From Clostridium sp. 26_22 (GTDB lineage Bacteria; Bacillota; Clostridia; TANB77; CAG-508), in the NCBI GenBank assembly GCA_001916005.1, contig MNRP01000045.1:19843-83842 (forward strand): 64,000 bases of DNA, read 5' to 3'. Below are positions 9,849-19,521 of the stretch, one piece after another. The position numbers and the translations under genes are program-made. Position 1 is the first letter of the stretch. Each line of letters begins with the position of its first letter. Under the pieces are notes generated by a model. That model had not been told where the DNA came from and searched no databases. It was given only the letters and a program-made list of their open reading frames with translations.

Positions 9849-11072
9849 ATGAAACATACTAAAAAAGGCAATAAAAAATTATTGTTAATTTTATTTATTA
9901 TTTTATTTATTTTTTTTATATTTATTTTAAATAAATTTAATAAAAATTTAAGAACAAATATAAATACTGAAAATAACTCTGCTGAAACTACTTTATCAAA
10001 TAAAAACACAAAACAAGATACAGCAGAACCAATAACTTTTACTCTTACCTCATTAGGAGATACTTTATGTCACAATACTCAATATTGGGATGCCTATAAT
10101 TCTAAAACAGATGAATATGATTTTTCTTATGTTTATGAAGATATAAAAAATTATACTTTATCATCTGATATAACTATTGGAAGCCTTGAAACTACATTTG
10201 CAGGAAAAGAAAAGGGATACAGTAATTACCCAACATTTAATACTCCAGATAGTTTGGCAACAGCACTCAAAGATATTGGTGTTGATGTTGTTTCACTTGC
10301 TGGAAATCATGCTTTAGATTACGGCTACACTGGTTTATGCAGAACAATTGATGTGTTTAATAATATTGGTCTTTCTCATTTAGGAACTTATAAAACTGCT
10401 GAAGATCAAGAAAAAATATTAATTAAAGATGTTAAAGGTGTTAAAATTGCCTTTATAAATTATACATATGGTACAAATGGAATTCCACTTCCATCTGGTA
10501 AAGAATTTTGTGTAAATCTTATTGATAAAGATTTTATAAAAAAACAAATTAATCAAGCAAAAGAACAAAATGTTGATATGATAGTTGCTTGTATGCATTG
10601 GGGCACTGAATATAGAACAACTGCTAATTCTGAGCAAAAATATTTAGCTAATTTTCTTTTTGAAAATGGTGTTGATGTAATTCTTGGAAATCATCCTCAT
10701 GTATTGGAGCCAATGGAAAAGAAAACAATTACTTTACAAGATGGTACTACTAAAGATGTTTTTGTCGTTTATGCTTTGGGCAATTTTACAGCAGATCAAA
10801 GGGATGAAATTACTAGGGATTCAGCAATTTTAAATTTAACAATTACTAAAAATTCTGATGGTAAAATTTCTATAGATAAAGTTAATTACGTTCCAATTTA
10901 TATGTATAAAAACACAAATGTATCTACACATAAATTTAAAATACTTGATATAGAAAAAACTATAAAAGATTATGAAGAAGGAAAAAACACTTCAATTAAT
11001 TCTACTGTTTACAATAATCTAAAAAAACAATTAGAAAAAATTAAAAGCATTTTAGGTGATGAACTAAATTAA
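9849..11072 (+). CDS. CapA-family protein (PGA_cap metallophosphatase-like, poly-gamma-glutamate capsule synthesis family)
   Basis: N-terminal TM anchor. Motifs LGDTLCH, GNHALDYG, HWGTEY and GNHPHV. Confidence 0.8.
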   Translation: MKHTKKGNKKLLLILFIILFIFFIFILNKFNKNLRTNINTENNSAETTLSNKNTKQDTAEPITFTLTSLGDTLCHNTQYWDAYNSKTDEYDFSYVYEDIKNYTLSSDITIGSLETTFAGKEKGYSNYPTFNTPDSLATALKDIGVDVVSLAGNHALDYGYTGLCRTIDVFNNIGLSHLGTYKTAEDQEKILIKDVKGVKIAFINYTYGTNGIPLPSGKEFCVNLIDKDFIKKQINQAKEQNVDMIVACMHWGTEYRTTANSEQKYLANFLFENGVDVILGNHPHVLEPMEKKTITLQDGTTKDVFVVYALGNFTADQRDEITRDSAILNLTITKNSDGKISIDKVNYVPIYMYKNTNVSTHKFKILDIEKTIKDYEEGKNTSINSTVYNNLKKQLEKIKSILGDELN

Positions 11073-11075
11073 AAA

Positions 11076-11102
11076 ACTAGCAAGTAACTGCTAGTTTTTT
11101 AA
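11076..11102 (+). terminator. Terminator after the capA-like gene
   Basis: Stem ACTAGCA / TGCTAGT followed by TTTTTT. Confidence 0.65.
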
Positions 11103-11105
11103 TTT

Positions 11106-11181
11106 TGGTGCACCATCTCGGTTTCGAACCGAGGACCTTCAGATTAAGAGTCTGCTGCTCTACCAGCTGAGCTAATGGTGC
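11106..11181 (-). tRNA. tRNA-Lys (anticodon CTT)
   Basis: The reverse complement folds as a cloverleaf: acceptor GCACCAT/ATGGTGC, anticodon loop CTCTTAA, T-arm GGTTCGAAACC, encoded CCA. 76 nt. Confidence 0.9.
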
Positions 11182-11195
11182 AAAACTACTTTCTA

Positions 11196-11224
11196 ATTAT
11201 ATTATTTTTTAATAGTGATGTCAA
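11196..11224 (-). promoter_or_regulatory. Sigma-A type promoter for tRNA-Lys(CTT)
   Basis: Minus strand reads TTGACA, 17 nt, TATAAT, immediately upstream of the tRNA. Confidence 0.6.
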
Positions 11225-11279
11225 TAGTTTTTAAACAAATTAAACGCAAAACAAAATTATGTAAATTAGTTAAATTTCA

Positions 11280-11308
11280 TTGACAACTGCTAAATAAAAG
11301 GTTAAAAT
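11280..11308 (+). promoter_or_regulatory. Sigma-A type promoter for the corA-like gene
   Basis: TTGACA, 17 nt, TAAAAT, about 30 nt upstream of the RBS. Confidence 0.5.
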
Positions 11309-11338
11309 AAATAGAATAATAAAAAAGAGGTGGGAAAA

Positions 11339-12289
11339 ATGCTAAAAATATATAATACAGATATAGAAACAAATAAATTAGAAGAAATAAAAGAATTTAA
11401 AAAAGGTAGTTGGATTAATTTAGTAAACCCATCGGAACAAGAAATAAAAAAAGTATGTGAAAGTACAAATATTCAAGAAGATTTCATTAGAGATGCTTTA
11501 GACTTTGAAGAAAAAGCCAGAATTGATAGAGAAGAAGATGATGGTACAACTTTATTTGTAGTTGATGTTCCTATAGTGGAAAAAAATGAAGAAAATGATG
11601 TATATACTACAATGCCATTAGGAATGATTGTTGTTAGAGATGACTTTTTCATTACAGTATCCCTAAGAAAAAATAAAGTAATAGAAGATTTTGAAAAAAG
11701 AAAAATTAAAGATTTTCAAACATATAAAAAATCAAAATTAATATTCCAAATATTATATTTAAATTCATCTTATTATTTAAGTTATTTAAAGTTAATAAAT
11801 AAAGAAACTGAAATTGCAGAATATATTTTAAAAAATTCAATGAAAAATAAAGAATTATTAAAATTATTAAGTTTGGAAAAGAGTTTGGTTTATTTTACTA
11901 CATCATTAAAATCAAATGAGCTTGTTATGGAAAGAACTTTAAGAGGAAAAATCATTAAATTGTATGAAGATGATGAAGATATACTAGAAGATGCTATTAC
12001 TGAAAACAAACAAGCTATAGAAATGGCTAAAATATATAGTGATATTTTGAATGGAACTATGGAGGCTTATGCATCAATTATTTCTAATAACTTAAATGGT
12101 GTTATGAAATTTTTGACTTCTATTACAATTGTTTTAGCAATTCCAACAATGATATCTAGTTTTTGGGGAATGAATGTTAATTTACCATTTCAGGATAGTA
12201 AATTAGGATTTGTTATTATGATTGCAATATCAGCTATTTTGACTTTAGTGGTTACATGGTGGTTAAAAAAGAAAGATATGTTAGATTAA
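11339..12289 (+). CDS. corA: CorA-family magnesium/cobalt transporter
   Basis: GMN motif (FWGMNVNLPF) lies between two C-terminal TM helices. AGAGGTGGG precedes the ATG at 11339; the track start at 11330 is a GTG inside the RBS. Confidence 0.85.
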   Translation: MLKIYNTDIETNKLEEIKEFKKGSWINLVNPSEQEIKKVCESTNIQEDFIRDALDFEEKARIDREEDDGTTLFVVDVPIVEKNEENDVYTTMPLGMIVVRDDFFITVSLRKNKVIEDFEKRKIKDFQTYKKSKLIFQILYLNSSYYLSYLKLINKETEIAEYILKNSMKNKELLKLLSLEKSLVYFTTSLKSNELVMERTLRGKIIKLYEDDEDILEDAITENKQAIEMAKIYSDILNGTMEAYASIISNNLNGVMKFLTSITIVLAIPTMISSFWGMNVNLPFQDSKLGFVIMIAISAILTLVVTWWLKKKDMLD

Positions 12290-12294
12290 AATAA

Positions 12295-12325
12295 AAAAGA
12301 TTATCTATTGATAATCTTTTTTATT
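12295..12325. terminator. Bidirectional terminator between corA and the VanW gene
   Basis: Stem AAAAGATTATC / GATAATCTTTT. Confidence 0.65.
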
Positions 12326-14152
12326 TTAATTAGTTTTATTTCCAACTACATTACTTTCTTTTTGTTTATTTGTAGTATTAGTTGGTTTTGATGTTTCATT
12401 CTTTATTTCATTACTTTCATTAGTTTTATTATCACTTGCTGGTTTTGTATTCACTGTTGTTGTATCATTTTTATTATTATTATTTGTATTTGAATTATTA
12501 TTAGTAGTATTGTTTGCTACCCCTTTAGTTCCTTTTAATATTATTTTTTGCATTGCACTATATGTATCTCTTGAAAGCAATTCTCTTGAAACCACTTTTC
12601 CATTCAAACTTTTTATCATATAAGTTTCTGATATTAATCCATTTGCACCTTTTTGTTTAACCTTTTCAGTTCCCGTACTTAATGTCGCATCATCAACATA
12701 TTTTACAGTAAATGGTATTGAAGAAATTGTTTTTCTTTCAAAAGAAGTTGTATACTCATTTTCTTCTTTTATACCATATATTGATATTGTTGCAATTCCA
12801 TTTGAAACACCTGCTTTTATTTTTATAGCATATGTTCTTGTATTTTTAAATTTAAAATCTGTTAATCCATAAACAACAGTTGCATCTCTTCCTGCTGGAA
12901 CATATGATGTTACAAATTGATGATTTCTTCTTTCTGTTACTTTCATGTTTGCCATTAAAACTGCATTATACAATGTAGATGATATTTGGCAAATTCCTCC
13001 ACCAATTCCATCTACAACTTCTCCATTTTCATATATTTTTCCATTTTTGTATCCTGCTGCAACAGTTCTCTCTCCTAAAGTTTGATTATATGAAAATGTA
13101 TCTCCTGCCAATACTACTTTTTCATTAAGCTTTTGACAAGCTATTCTTAAATTTGTAGTTCTATCTGTATTACTGGCATCATATCTAGTTGTAAAAGTTG
13201 CTAATACATCAGGAAAAGCCTCTGAACCAATTTGAGCTGTTGTAACTTTTGGCTTTGTTATTGTTAATGGGATTGTGTATTCTTCCTTATCTTCTGCTGA
13301 AATTATATTTTTAGCATCTTCTACATTAAAATCTATTCCTTCAACTTCTGGATGAATTGTGAAAGGATCTTTTGTATAATAAGCATCTTGTACTTCTTTA
13401 TATATTTCGTCATGTATTTTTTGAATATCGATATCTTGAGGCTTTTCGTTTATTACAGGTATTTCTATAATATCGTTTGTTTCGTTTATATTTCCTAATT
13501 TATCTTTTATTTTTTGTAAAAGATTTTCTGTATCAATTTTTATACCCTCTTTACCTTTTGTTATTATTAAATTACTTTCTTCTATATAGTAATCTGGTTC
13601 TTCCAATGCTCCTGGAAGATTTGTTCCAATATCTTCTATTTTTTGTTTAGCATTTTCTTCATTTATTGACATATTCACATTAATATCTTTTTTTCCTATT
13701 AGAGCAAAAAAAATATTATAATTATTAACAAATATATTATTTGATTTTCCCACAGAAATAGCTTCTTTTACGGCATTTTCTATTTCATAATTTATTTCTA
13801 ATAATTCAGAATTTATGCTTGCTTCATAATCTTCATATTTTAATTCAATATCTCTACTATTTTTTTCTTGATAAATTAATTCTATTTTACTCTTAGCCTC
13901 GTTTTCTGTTAATCCTGAAACATCTATTCCTTTAATTTTAACTCCACTTACGATTTTATCATTATTAATATTCATAATAGCAAATACCGTAGATAAAGCT
14001 AATATAGCAACAAGTATAATCGAAATTATAACAGCCAATATTATTATTTTTTTCTTTTTATTGCTTTCTTTCACTTTTATTTCTTTATTGTTTCCATCTG
14101 TATTTTTCATTTTCTCTTCAGTTTCTTTTTCTTTTAAATTTGTTTCTTCCAT
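12326..14152 (-). CDS. VanW-family protein with N-terminal TM anchor, G5 domain and a low-complexity N/T-rich tail
   Basis: VanW core FSYNQTLGERT...GGGICQISSTLYNA. A G5-like segment runs TVKYVDDATLSTGTEKVKQKGANG...ILKGTKG. Confidence 0.85.
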   Translation of the reverse strand: MEETNLKEKETEEKMKNTDGNNKEIKVKESNKKKKIIILAVIISIILVAILALSTVFAIMNINNDKIVSGVKIKGIDVSGLTENEAKSKIELIYQEKNSRDIELKYEDYEASINSELLEINYEIENAVKEAISVGKSNNIFVNNYNIFFALIGKKDINVNMSINEENAKQKIEDIGTNLPGALEEPDYYIEESNLIITKGKEGIKIDTENLLQKIKDKLGNINETNDIIEIPVINEKPQDIDIQKIHDEIYKEVQDAYYTKDPFTIHPEVEGIDFNVEDAKNIISAEDKEEYTIPLTITKPKVTTAQIGSEAFPDVLATFTTRYDASNTDRTTNLRIACQKLNEKVVLAGDTFSYNQTLGERTVAAGYKNGKIYENGEVVDGIGGGICQISSTLYNAVLMANMKVTERRNHQFVTSYVPAGRDATVVYGLTDFKFKNTRTYAIKIKAGVSNGIATISIYGIKEENEYTTSFERKTISSIPFTVKYVDDATLSTGTEKVKQKGANGLISETYMIKSLNGKVVSRELLSRDTYSAMQKIILKGTKGVANNTTNNNSNTNNNNKNDTTTVNTKPASDNKTNESNEIKNETSKPTNTTNKQKESNVVGNKTN

Positions 14153-14406
14153 AACTTTTTTTCTCCTTTTATCATCTATATTTATACTACCATATTATTA
14201 ATTTTTTGACAATATTTTTTCTAACTTACTATTAGTTTTTATAAATTTATATTCAAAAATATTTAAAATATGTTTGAATTAAAAATATTATATTTAAAAT
14301 ATTACATTTTTCAAAAAAATTTTGCAAAATTTTCAAAAAATACTTGAACAATATTTAATTTAATATTATAATGTTGGAAGCAAAAGATAAATAAGGAGAT
14401 ATTATA

Positions 14407-14874
14407 ATGGAGTTAACAAAAAATATATTTTTTAATACAGATAAATTAATAGAAAATACAGATGTAAAAATCTCATATACAGGAAAATTTTTTCAAGACA
14501 ATTCTGAAGAAGTTTTTATTCATTATGGCTTTGGACTTAACTGGGACAACATAAATGATTTGAAAATGGAAAAAACAGAATTAGGATTTCAAGCAGAAAT
14601 ACATTTATGTGAAGGAGAAACATTTAATTTCTGTTTTAGAAATAATAATAACGAATGGGATAATAATGAAGCCAAAAATTATATCTTCAATTTAGAGAAA
14701 AAACAAACAGAACTATTAGTATTAGATGATGAACCAGTTTCTTTAGGTTCTGCTAGAAAATTAAGAAAATCTTATTTATGGAGCAAAAAAATTCGTTTAG
14801 CTGTTTATAAAATTATTACATATTTCCCTAAAATAATTTCTGGAAATTATAGAAGAAGAACAAGTGAAAATTAA
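14407..14874 (+). CDS. Hypothetical protein, possibly with a starch-binding-type (CBM25/53-like) carbohydrate-binding fold
   Basis: The only support is the HYGF..W......F.....NEWDNN..KNY pattern. There is no catalytic motif. Confidence 0.35.
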   Translation: MELTKNIFFNTDKLIENTDVKISYTGKFFQDNSEEVFIHYGFGLNWDNINDLKMEKTELGFQAEIHLCEGETFNFCFRNNNNEWDNNEAKNYIFNLEKKQTELLVLDDEPVSLGSARKLRKSYLWSKKIRLAVYKIITYFPKIISGNYRRRTSEN

Positions 14875-14888
14875 TCATATATAAAAAA

Positions 14889-14916
14889 AAGAGTATTTTT
14901 TCAATACTCTTTTTTG
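14889..14916. terminator. Bidirectional terminator between the 14407 ORF and the SDR gene
   Basis: Stem GAGTATT / AATACTC flanked by A8 and T6. Confidence 0.65.
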
Positions 14917-14918
14917 TT

Positions 14919-15647
14919 TTATATTGACCATCCTCCATTTATAGAAATAATTTGTCCTGTTATATAATCATCTTCAATTAACCATTCTACACATTTTTCA
15001 ATATCATTTACTTTTCCTATTCTTTGAAGAGGAATTTCTTCTTTTATATATTCTAGCTCTTCTAATCTTAAATGTTTATTCATTTCAGTATCAATTATTC
15101 CTGGAGCAATTGAATTAACTCTTATATTTGATGGTCCTAACTCTTTTGCTAGAGATTTTGTCATTGCATCAATTCCTGCTTTACTAACACTGTAGTGTGA
15201 TTCGCAAGAAGCTCCTATTTGCCCCCATATTGATGACATATTTATTATACAACCTTTTTTATTATGTATCATATTTGGTATAACTTCTTGTGTCATATAA
15301 AAAACAGAATTTAAATTTACATTAATCATATTATTCCAATCTTCATCAGTTATTTGTGTAAATTCTTTTATTTGTGATATTCCTGCATTATTTATTAGAA
15401 TATCAATTTTATTATATTTTTCAAGCACATATTTTACTAATTCTTTTGCTTCACTTCTTTTTGATATGTCTGCTTTAAAAATATCTATATTTACATTTCT
15501 TTCTAATAATTCTTTTTGTAATTCTTTTATTTGGTTTTCAGATTTGTTATAATTTGCAACAACTGTATAGCCTTTTATTGCTAATTTTTTCGCTATTTCT
15601 CTTCCTATTCCTCTTGATGCTCCTGTTACTATTACTATTTTATTCAT
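14919..15647 (-). CDS. Classical short-chain dehydrogenase/reductase (FabG-like 3-oxoacyl reductase family)
   Basis: TGASRGIG cofactor motif, NNAG, and catalytic S...YSVSKAG (YxxxK). Confidence 0.85.
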   Translation of the reverse strand: MNKIVIVTGASRGIGREIAKKLAIKGYTVVANYNKSENQIKELQKELLERNVNIDIFKADISKRSEAKELVKYVLEKYNKIDILINNAGISQIKEFTQITDEDWNNMINVNLNSVFYMTQEVIPNMIHNKKGCIINMSSIWGQIGASCESHYSVSKAGIDAMTKSLAKELGPSNIRVNSIAPGIIDTEMNKHLRLEELEYIKEEIPLQRIGKVNDIEKCVEWLIEDDYITGQIISINGGWSI

Positions 15648-15714
15648 AAAATCACCTTATTAAATTAATATAAAAAAGCCAGTAATTAAGCTTATGCAAA
15701 ACTACTGACAATTG

Positions 15715-15791
15715 TGGAGCCACTTCTCAGATTCGAACTGAGGACCCCCGCATTACAAGTGCGGTGCTCTGGCCAACTGAGCTAAAGTGGC
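15715..15791 (-). tRNA. tRNA-Thr (anticodon TGT)
   Basis: Reverse complement GCCACTTTAGCTCAGTTGG...CCGCACTTGTAATGCGG...GGTTCGAATC...AAGTGGCTCCA. Full cloverleaf, 77 nt. Confidence 0.9.
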
Positions 15792-15796
15792 ATTCT

Positions 15797-15848
15797 TGGT
15801 GACCCCTACGGGAAAAGGGCGATGTCTTAACCGCTTGACCAAGGGGCC
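15797..15848 (-). pseudogene. Internally deleted tRNA-Glu(TTC) remnant (acceptor stem, D-arm and part of the anticodon arm fused directly to the 3' acceptor strand and CCA)
   Basis: Reverse complement GGCCCCTTGGTCAAGCGGTTAAGACATCGCCCTTTTC|CCGTAGGGGTCACCA is 52 nt. The 5' and 3' ends match bacterial tRNA-Glu, but the 3' anticodon stem, variable loop and most of the T-arm are missing. Confidence 0.7.
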
Positions 15849-15895
15849 TTATTATAATAAAGAACTAAATAATGATTAGATTATTTAGTTCTTTT

Positions 15896-15971
15896 TGGTG
15901 AGCTATCCGCGACTCGAACGCGGGACAACTTGATTAAAAGTCAAGTGCTCTACCACCTGAGCTAATAGCCC
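15896..15971 (-). tRNA. tRNA-Lys (anticodon TTT)
   Basis: Reverse complement GGGCTATTAGCTCAGGTGGTAGAGCACTTGACTTTTAATCAAG...GCGTTCGAGTCGC...ATAGCTCACCA. 76 nt. Confidence 0.9.
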
Positions 15972-16100
15972 GTTTCTTTGTTCTAAGTTCAACTCAGAAC
16001 GCTTTTATATATTACACCATTTTTTTTGATATGTCAATACATTTATCAAAAAAATTTAAATTTTTTTAAAATTTTGTTATTTTTTGACAAATATACTAAC

Positions 16101-16286
16101 CTATGCGTTTAATTTTGCTATAACTTCTTGTACATCTATACCATGTACACCACAAGCTTCTTCTAATGTTTCCATTTGTGAAGCTGGACATCCTAAACAA
16201 TGCATACCAATTTCTAATAAAATTTCTGCTTTTTCTGGTGCTTTTTCTAAAATTTCACCTATTGTAGTGTCTTTATCAAATTCCAT
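16101..16286 (-). CDS. DUF1858 / hybrid-cluster-protein-associated redox disulfide domain protein
   Basis: 61 aa. TIGEILEKAPEKAEILLEIGMHCLGCPASQMETLEEAC carries the CxxC motif of this small-protein family. Confidence 0.75.
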   Translation of the reverse strand: MEFDKDTTIGEILEKAPEKAEILLEIGMHCLGCPASQMETLEEACGVHGIDVQEVIAKLNA

Positions 16287-16557
16287 TACCTTTTCCCTCC
16301 TTTTAATATCATCTTTTTAATTTTACCATAAATTTCATTAAAAGTATAGACAAATCTTAAAATTTGTTGTATTATAATAAAAATTGTAAGGTGGTGATAT
16401 TATTTATAACCTAATCAATTTATTTTTTATCATTTTTATTATTAATCTTTTTATCACATTATATTCATTTTATATGTTTTTTGAAATAAAATTTTTTCAC
16501 ACAATTCAAGGTTCCAAATTAAAAATCAAAAAAAATAATAACAAGGAGGTCTTTTAA

Positions 16558-18252
16558 ATTTATAATAAAAAAAGAAAATTATTTTTTATTATTTTATTTT
16601 TATTAATTTCTATATATTGGTCAATTAAAAAATTTTATCCAATTTTTATCGCAACAGAAATTATTATTCCATATGGAATTCACCCATTTGATATTTGCTC
16701 AAAAAATCCTTTATTATGGAAATATATTAAAATTTTATTTTTATTTACATATATTTTTTCGAATATAATTATTTTAAATTCTTTTTATAATAAATTTATT
16801 TTTAATTTATTTAATAAAAAAAATATTCCCAAAAAAAATAATAATAAATATGATATAAATAAATTACATTTATTTATTGGAAATGATTTTAATACAAAAG
16901 AAAAAATAATTATTCCCGAATCTGGTTTATATCAAAATTTTTTAATAACTGGTACCATTGGCTCTGGAAAAACATCTTCTGCTATGTACCCATTTACTAA
17001 ACAATTAATGGAATATAATAATAAAAATCCAAATGATAAAATTTCTATGTTAATTTTAGATGTAAAAGGCAATTATTCTAATCAAATAAAAAAATTTGCA
17101 AAAAAATATAATTTAGAAAATGATTTATTAATTATTGGTTTATCTTCTAATATTTATTTTAATCCTCTGCACAAGCCTAATTTAAAACCTCAAGTTTTAG
17201 CAAATAGAATAAAAACTATTTTAACATTATTTTCAGAAAATAATTCAGAATCATATTGGTTAGACAAAGCAGAACAAGTAATTTCTGAAGCAATTAAACT
17301 TTGCAGATTATATAATAATGGGTATGTTACATTTTTAGAATTACATAAATTAATAACAATTCCAAATTATTATAAAGAAAAAATAAATATTATTAGAAAT
17401 TTATTTACATCTTCAAAATTAAATTTAAAACAAATATATGAATTAAATGCAAGTCTCGATTTTTTTCAAAAAGAATTTGAAAATTTAGATTCTAGAACAA
17501 AAGGTATTTTAATTTCAGAAATTACAAGAATAACAAATACATTTATTTCAGATTATGATATTTATTCTAAATTTTGTCCACCAATTGAAAAATTAAATTT
17601 TTTAGGATTTGAAGAAATAATTAATTCGGGAAAAATAGTTTTACTAGATATGAATATTTCTGAATATTCTATACTTTCTAAAATTATTGCAGCATATTTA
17701 AAATTAGATTTTCAATCTGAAATACTTTCTTCTTTATCAAAAAATAATATTAAAAAAACTGCTTTTATTTGTGATGAATATGATAAATATTGTACAAAAA
17801 CTGACAGTGATTTCTTTTCTTTAAGTAGAGAAGCTAAATGTATAAATATAATTAGTACCCAAAGTTATTCTTCATTAAAAAATACATTAAAAGATGATTC
17901 TGCTGTAAAAGTAATTACTCAAAATTTAGTTAATAAAATTTGGTTTAGAACAGATGATATTTTTACAATAGAAGAAGCACAAAAACAATTAGGAAAAGAA
18001 GAAAAAGAAAAAATATCAACAACAATTTCTGAAGGTGCTAAAGAAACAAATTTTAATTATATAACTAATAGCTTAACCTCTCTTAATTCTAATATTTCCG
18101 AATCCTATAATTCTTATTTTCAAACTGATTTTATTTTTGACACAAATTTTTTTACTAGAAATTTAGAAACATTCACTTCCCTTACATTTTTATCTGATGG
18201 ATTAATTATTTATCCACCAAGAAAAACACAAATGATACCTTATTTTAAATAA
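16558..18252 (+). CDS. Type IV coupling protein-like ATPase (TraG/VirD4/TraD superfamily) with N-terminal TM helices; probable non-canonical ATT start
   Basis: The frame is open for 142 codons upstream of the first ATG (16984). That extension holds 2-3 TM helices and the Walker A LITGTIGSGKTSS. ILDVKGNY and Walker B-like AFICDEYDKY lie downstream. AAGGAGG at 16543-16549 sits 8 nt before the ATT at 16558, which directly follows an in-frame TAA. Confidence 0.65.
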   Translation: MYNKKRKLFFIILFLLISIYWSIKKFYPIFIATEIIIPYGIHPFDICSKNPLLWKYIKILFLFTYIFSNIIILNSFYNKFIFNLFNKKNIPKKNNNKYDINKLHLFIGNDFNTKEKIIIPESGLYQNFLITGTIGSGKTSSAMYPFTKQLMEYNNKNPNDKISMLILDVKGNYSNQIKKFAKKYNLENDLLIIGLSSNIYFNPLHKPNLKPQVLANRIKTILTLFSENNSESYWLDKAEQVISEAIKLCRLYNNGYVTFLELHKLITIPNYYKEKINIIRNLFTSSKLNLKQIYELNASLDFFQKEFENLDSRTKGILISEITRITNTFISDYDIYSKFCPPIEKLNFLGFEEIINSGKIVLLDMNISEYSILSKIIAAYLKLDFQSEILSSLSKNNIKKTAFICDEYDKYCTKTDSDFFSLSREAKCINIISTQSYSSLKNTLKDDSAVKVITQNLVNKIWFRTDDIFTIEEAQKQLGKEEKEKISTTISEGAKETNFNYITNSLTSLNSNISESYNSYFQTDFIFDTNFFTRNLETFTSLTFLSDGLIIYPPRKTQMIPYFK

Positions 18253-18279
18253 TTTTATTTTGAAAGGAGTTTTTTATAT

Positions 18280-18621
18280 ATGAAAAAAAATAAAAAAATA
18301 TTATTTTATTTTTCTTATACTTTATTTTTATTTTTTATTTTATCTATTTTATTTTTTAATTTTTCTTTTGCTTTTGGAGAACCCAAACTAGTTTCAAAAA
18401 TAAATTCTGCTTTTGAAAGCATTGAAAGTTGGTTGTTAAAACTTTCAACCCCTGCTGCCGCAGTCGCTGTTGGTACTGGTGTTTTTATGAAAAAATTTAG
18501 TTTTGGTGATGAAGAAAGAATTAGATTAGGTAAAAAAATTATTAAAGGTTCCTTATTTTCATATGCATTTATTCTTGCAATTGATCTAATATTATCAGCA
18601 ATAAAATCTTTAATTAGTTAG
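18280..18621 (+). CDS. Small secreted/membrane protein with VirB2/TrbC-like topology (signal peptide, TM, charged loop, TM)
   Basis: 113 aa. The TM-FGDEERIRLGKK-TM core resembles the GS[VI]EE[KR]A loop of the three paralogs at 49136-50349. Confidence 0.4.
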   Translation: MKKNKKILFYFSYTLFLFFILSILFFNFSFAFGEPKLVSKINSAFESIESWLLKLSTPAAAVAVGTGVFMKKFSFGDEERIRLGKKIIKGSLFSYAFILAIDLILSAIKSLIS

Positions 18622-18636
18622 GAGGTTTTTTCAAAT

Positions 18637-19509
18637 TTGAATGAAAACAATATTACTCAAATAATAATAGATACAATAAATACAATTTTAGGAAATTTAT
18701 TTAGTTCAATTGATAATAATTTATATTCTATTTTAGATGATATTACTTTTATAAATTCTGATATTTTAAAAGATAAAAATTTTGAAAATATTTTTGGTAC
18801 TTCAACCTCAAATGGAATATTATTAATTGCTAATTCATTACTTTTAGGATTTTTATTATATTTTGCAATTAAATATTTAATTTCTCATTTCACATTTTCT
18901 AATGTTGAACAACCTCATAGCTTTTTAATTAAATTAATTATTTGTGGAATTTGTATGAATTTTTCTTATTTTTTATTAACTTATTTTTTAGATATTTTTT
19001 CAAATATAACCTTAGCAATAAGAAACTTAGGAGAAACTTTATTTAATAAAGAAATTTGTTTTTCAGAATTAATTTTAACAATTAATTCTAATATTTCTGT
19101 AAATACCACTTCTGTAGATGTTTTTTCTTTAGATGGTTTAATAAAAAGTATTCTTAGCTTTTCTTTATTAAATTTAGTTTTTTCTTATTCTTTTAGATAT
19201 ATTTTAATTAAAGTTTTTGTATTAATAGCACCTTTTGCAATATTATCAAATTCTTTAAATTCCTCTTCTTGGTTCTTTAAGTCCTGGATTAAAAATTTAT
19301 TTTCTTTATTATTTATTCAAATTATTGTATCAATAATTTTATTAATATTATTTTCAATGAATTTTTCCTCAGGAAATTTAGCTATTAAATTTATTTATGT
19401 GGGTGGTTTATTTGCACTTATAAAAGCAAATTCATTTGTACGTGATTTAGTCGGTGGAGTTTCCACAACTATTTCACAAAATGTGCATAACTTTTCAAAA
19501 ATTAAGTAA
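18637..19509 (+). CDS. Polytopic membrane protein, VirB6/TrbL-like candidate (TTG start)
   Basis: 290 aa with 6 or more hydrophobic helices. GGAGG at 18621-18625 precedes the TTG at 18637. It lies between the VirB2-like and VirB3-like genes. Confidence 0.4.
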   Translation: MNENNITQIIIDTINTILGNLFSSIDNNLYSILDDITFINSDILKDKNFENIFGTSTSNGILLIANSLLLGFLLYFAIKYLISHFTFSNVEQPHSFLIKLIICGICMNFSYFLLTYFLDIFSNITLAIRNLGETLFNKEICFSELILTINSNISVNTTSVDVFSLDGLIKSILSFSLLNLVFSYSFRYILIKVFVLIAPFAILSNSLNSSSWFFKSWIKNLFSLLFIQIIVSIILLILFSMNFSSGNLAIKFIYVGGLFALIKANSFVRDLVGGVSTTISQNVHNFSKIK

Positions 19510-19521
19510 GGAAGTGAATTT

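Noticed and set aside
16084-16320. A 78-aa plus-strand ORF overlapping the DUF1858 gene
   Set aside because: The opposite-strand 61-aa product has a recognisable conserved CxxC family signature. The plus-strand product has none.
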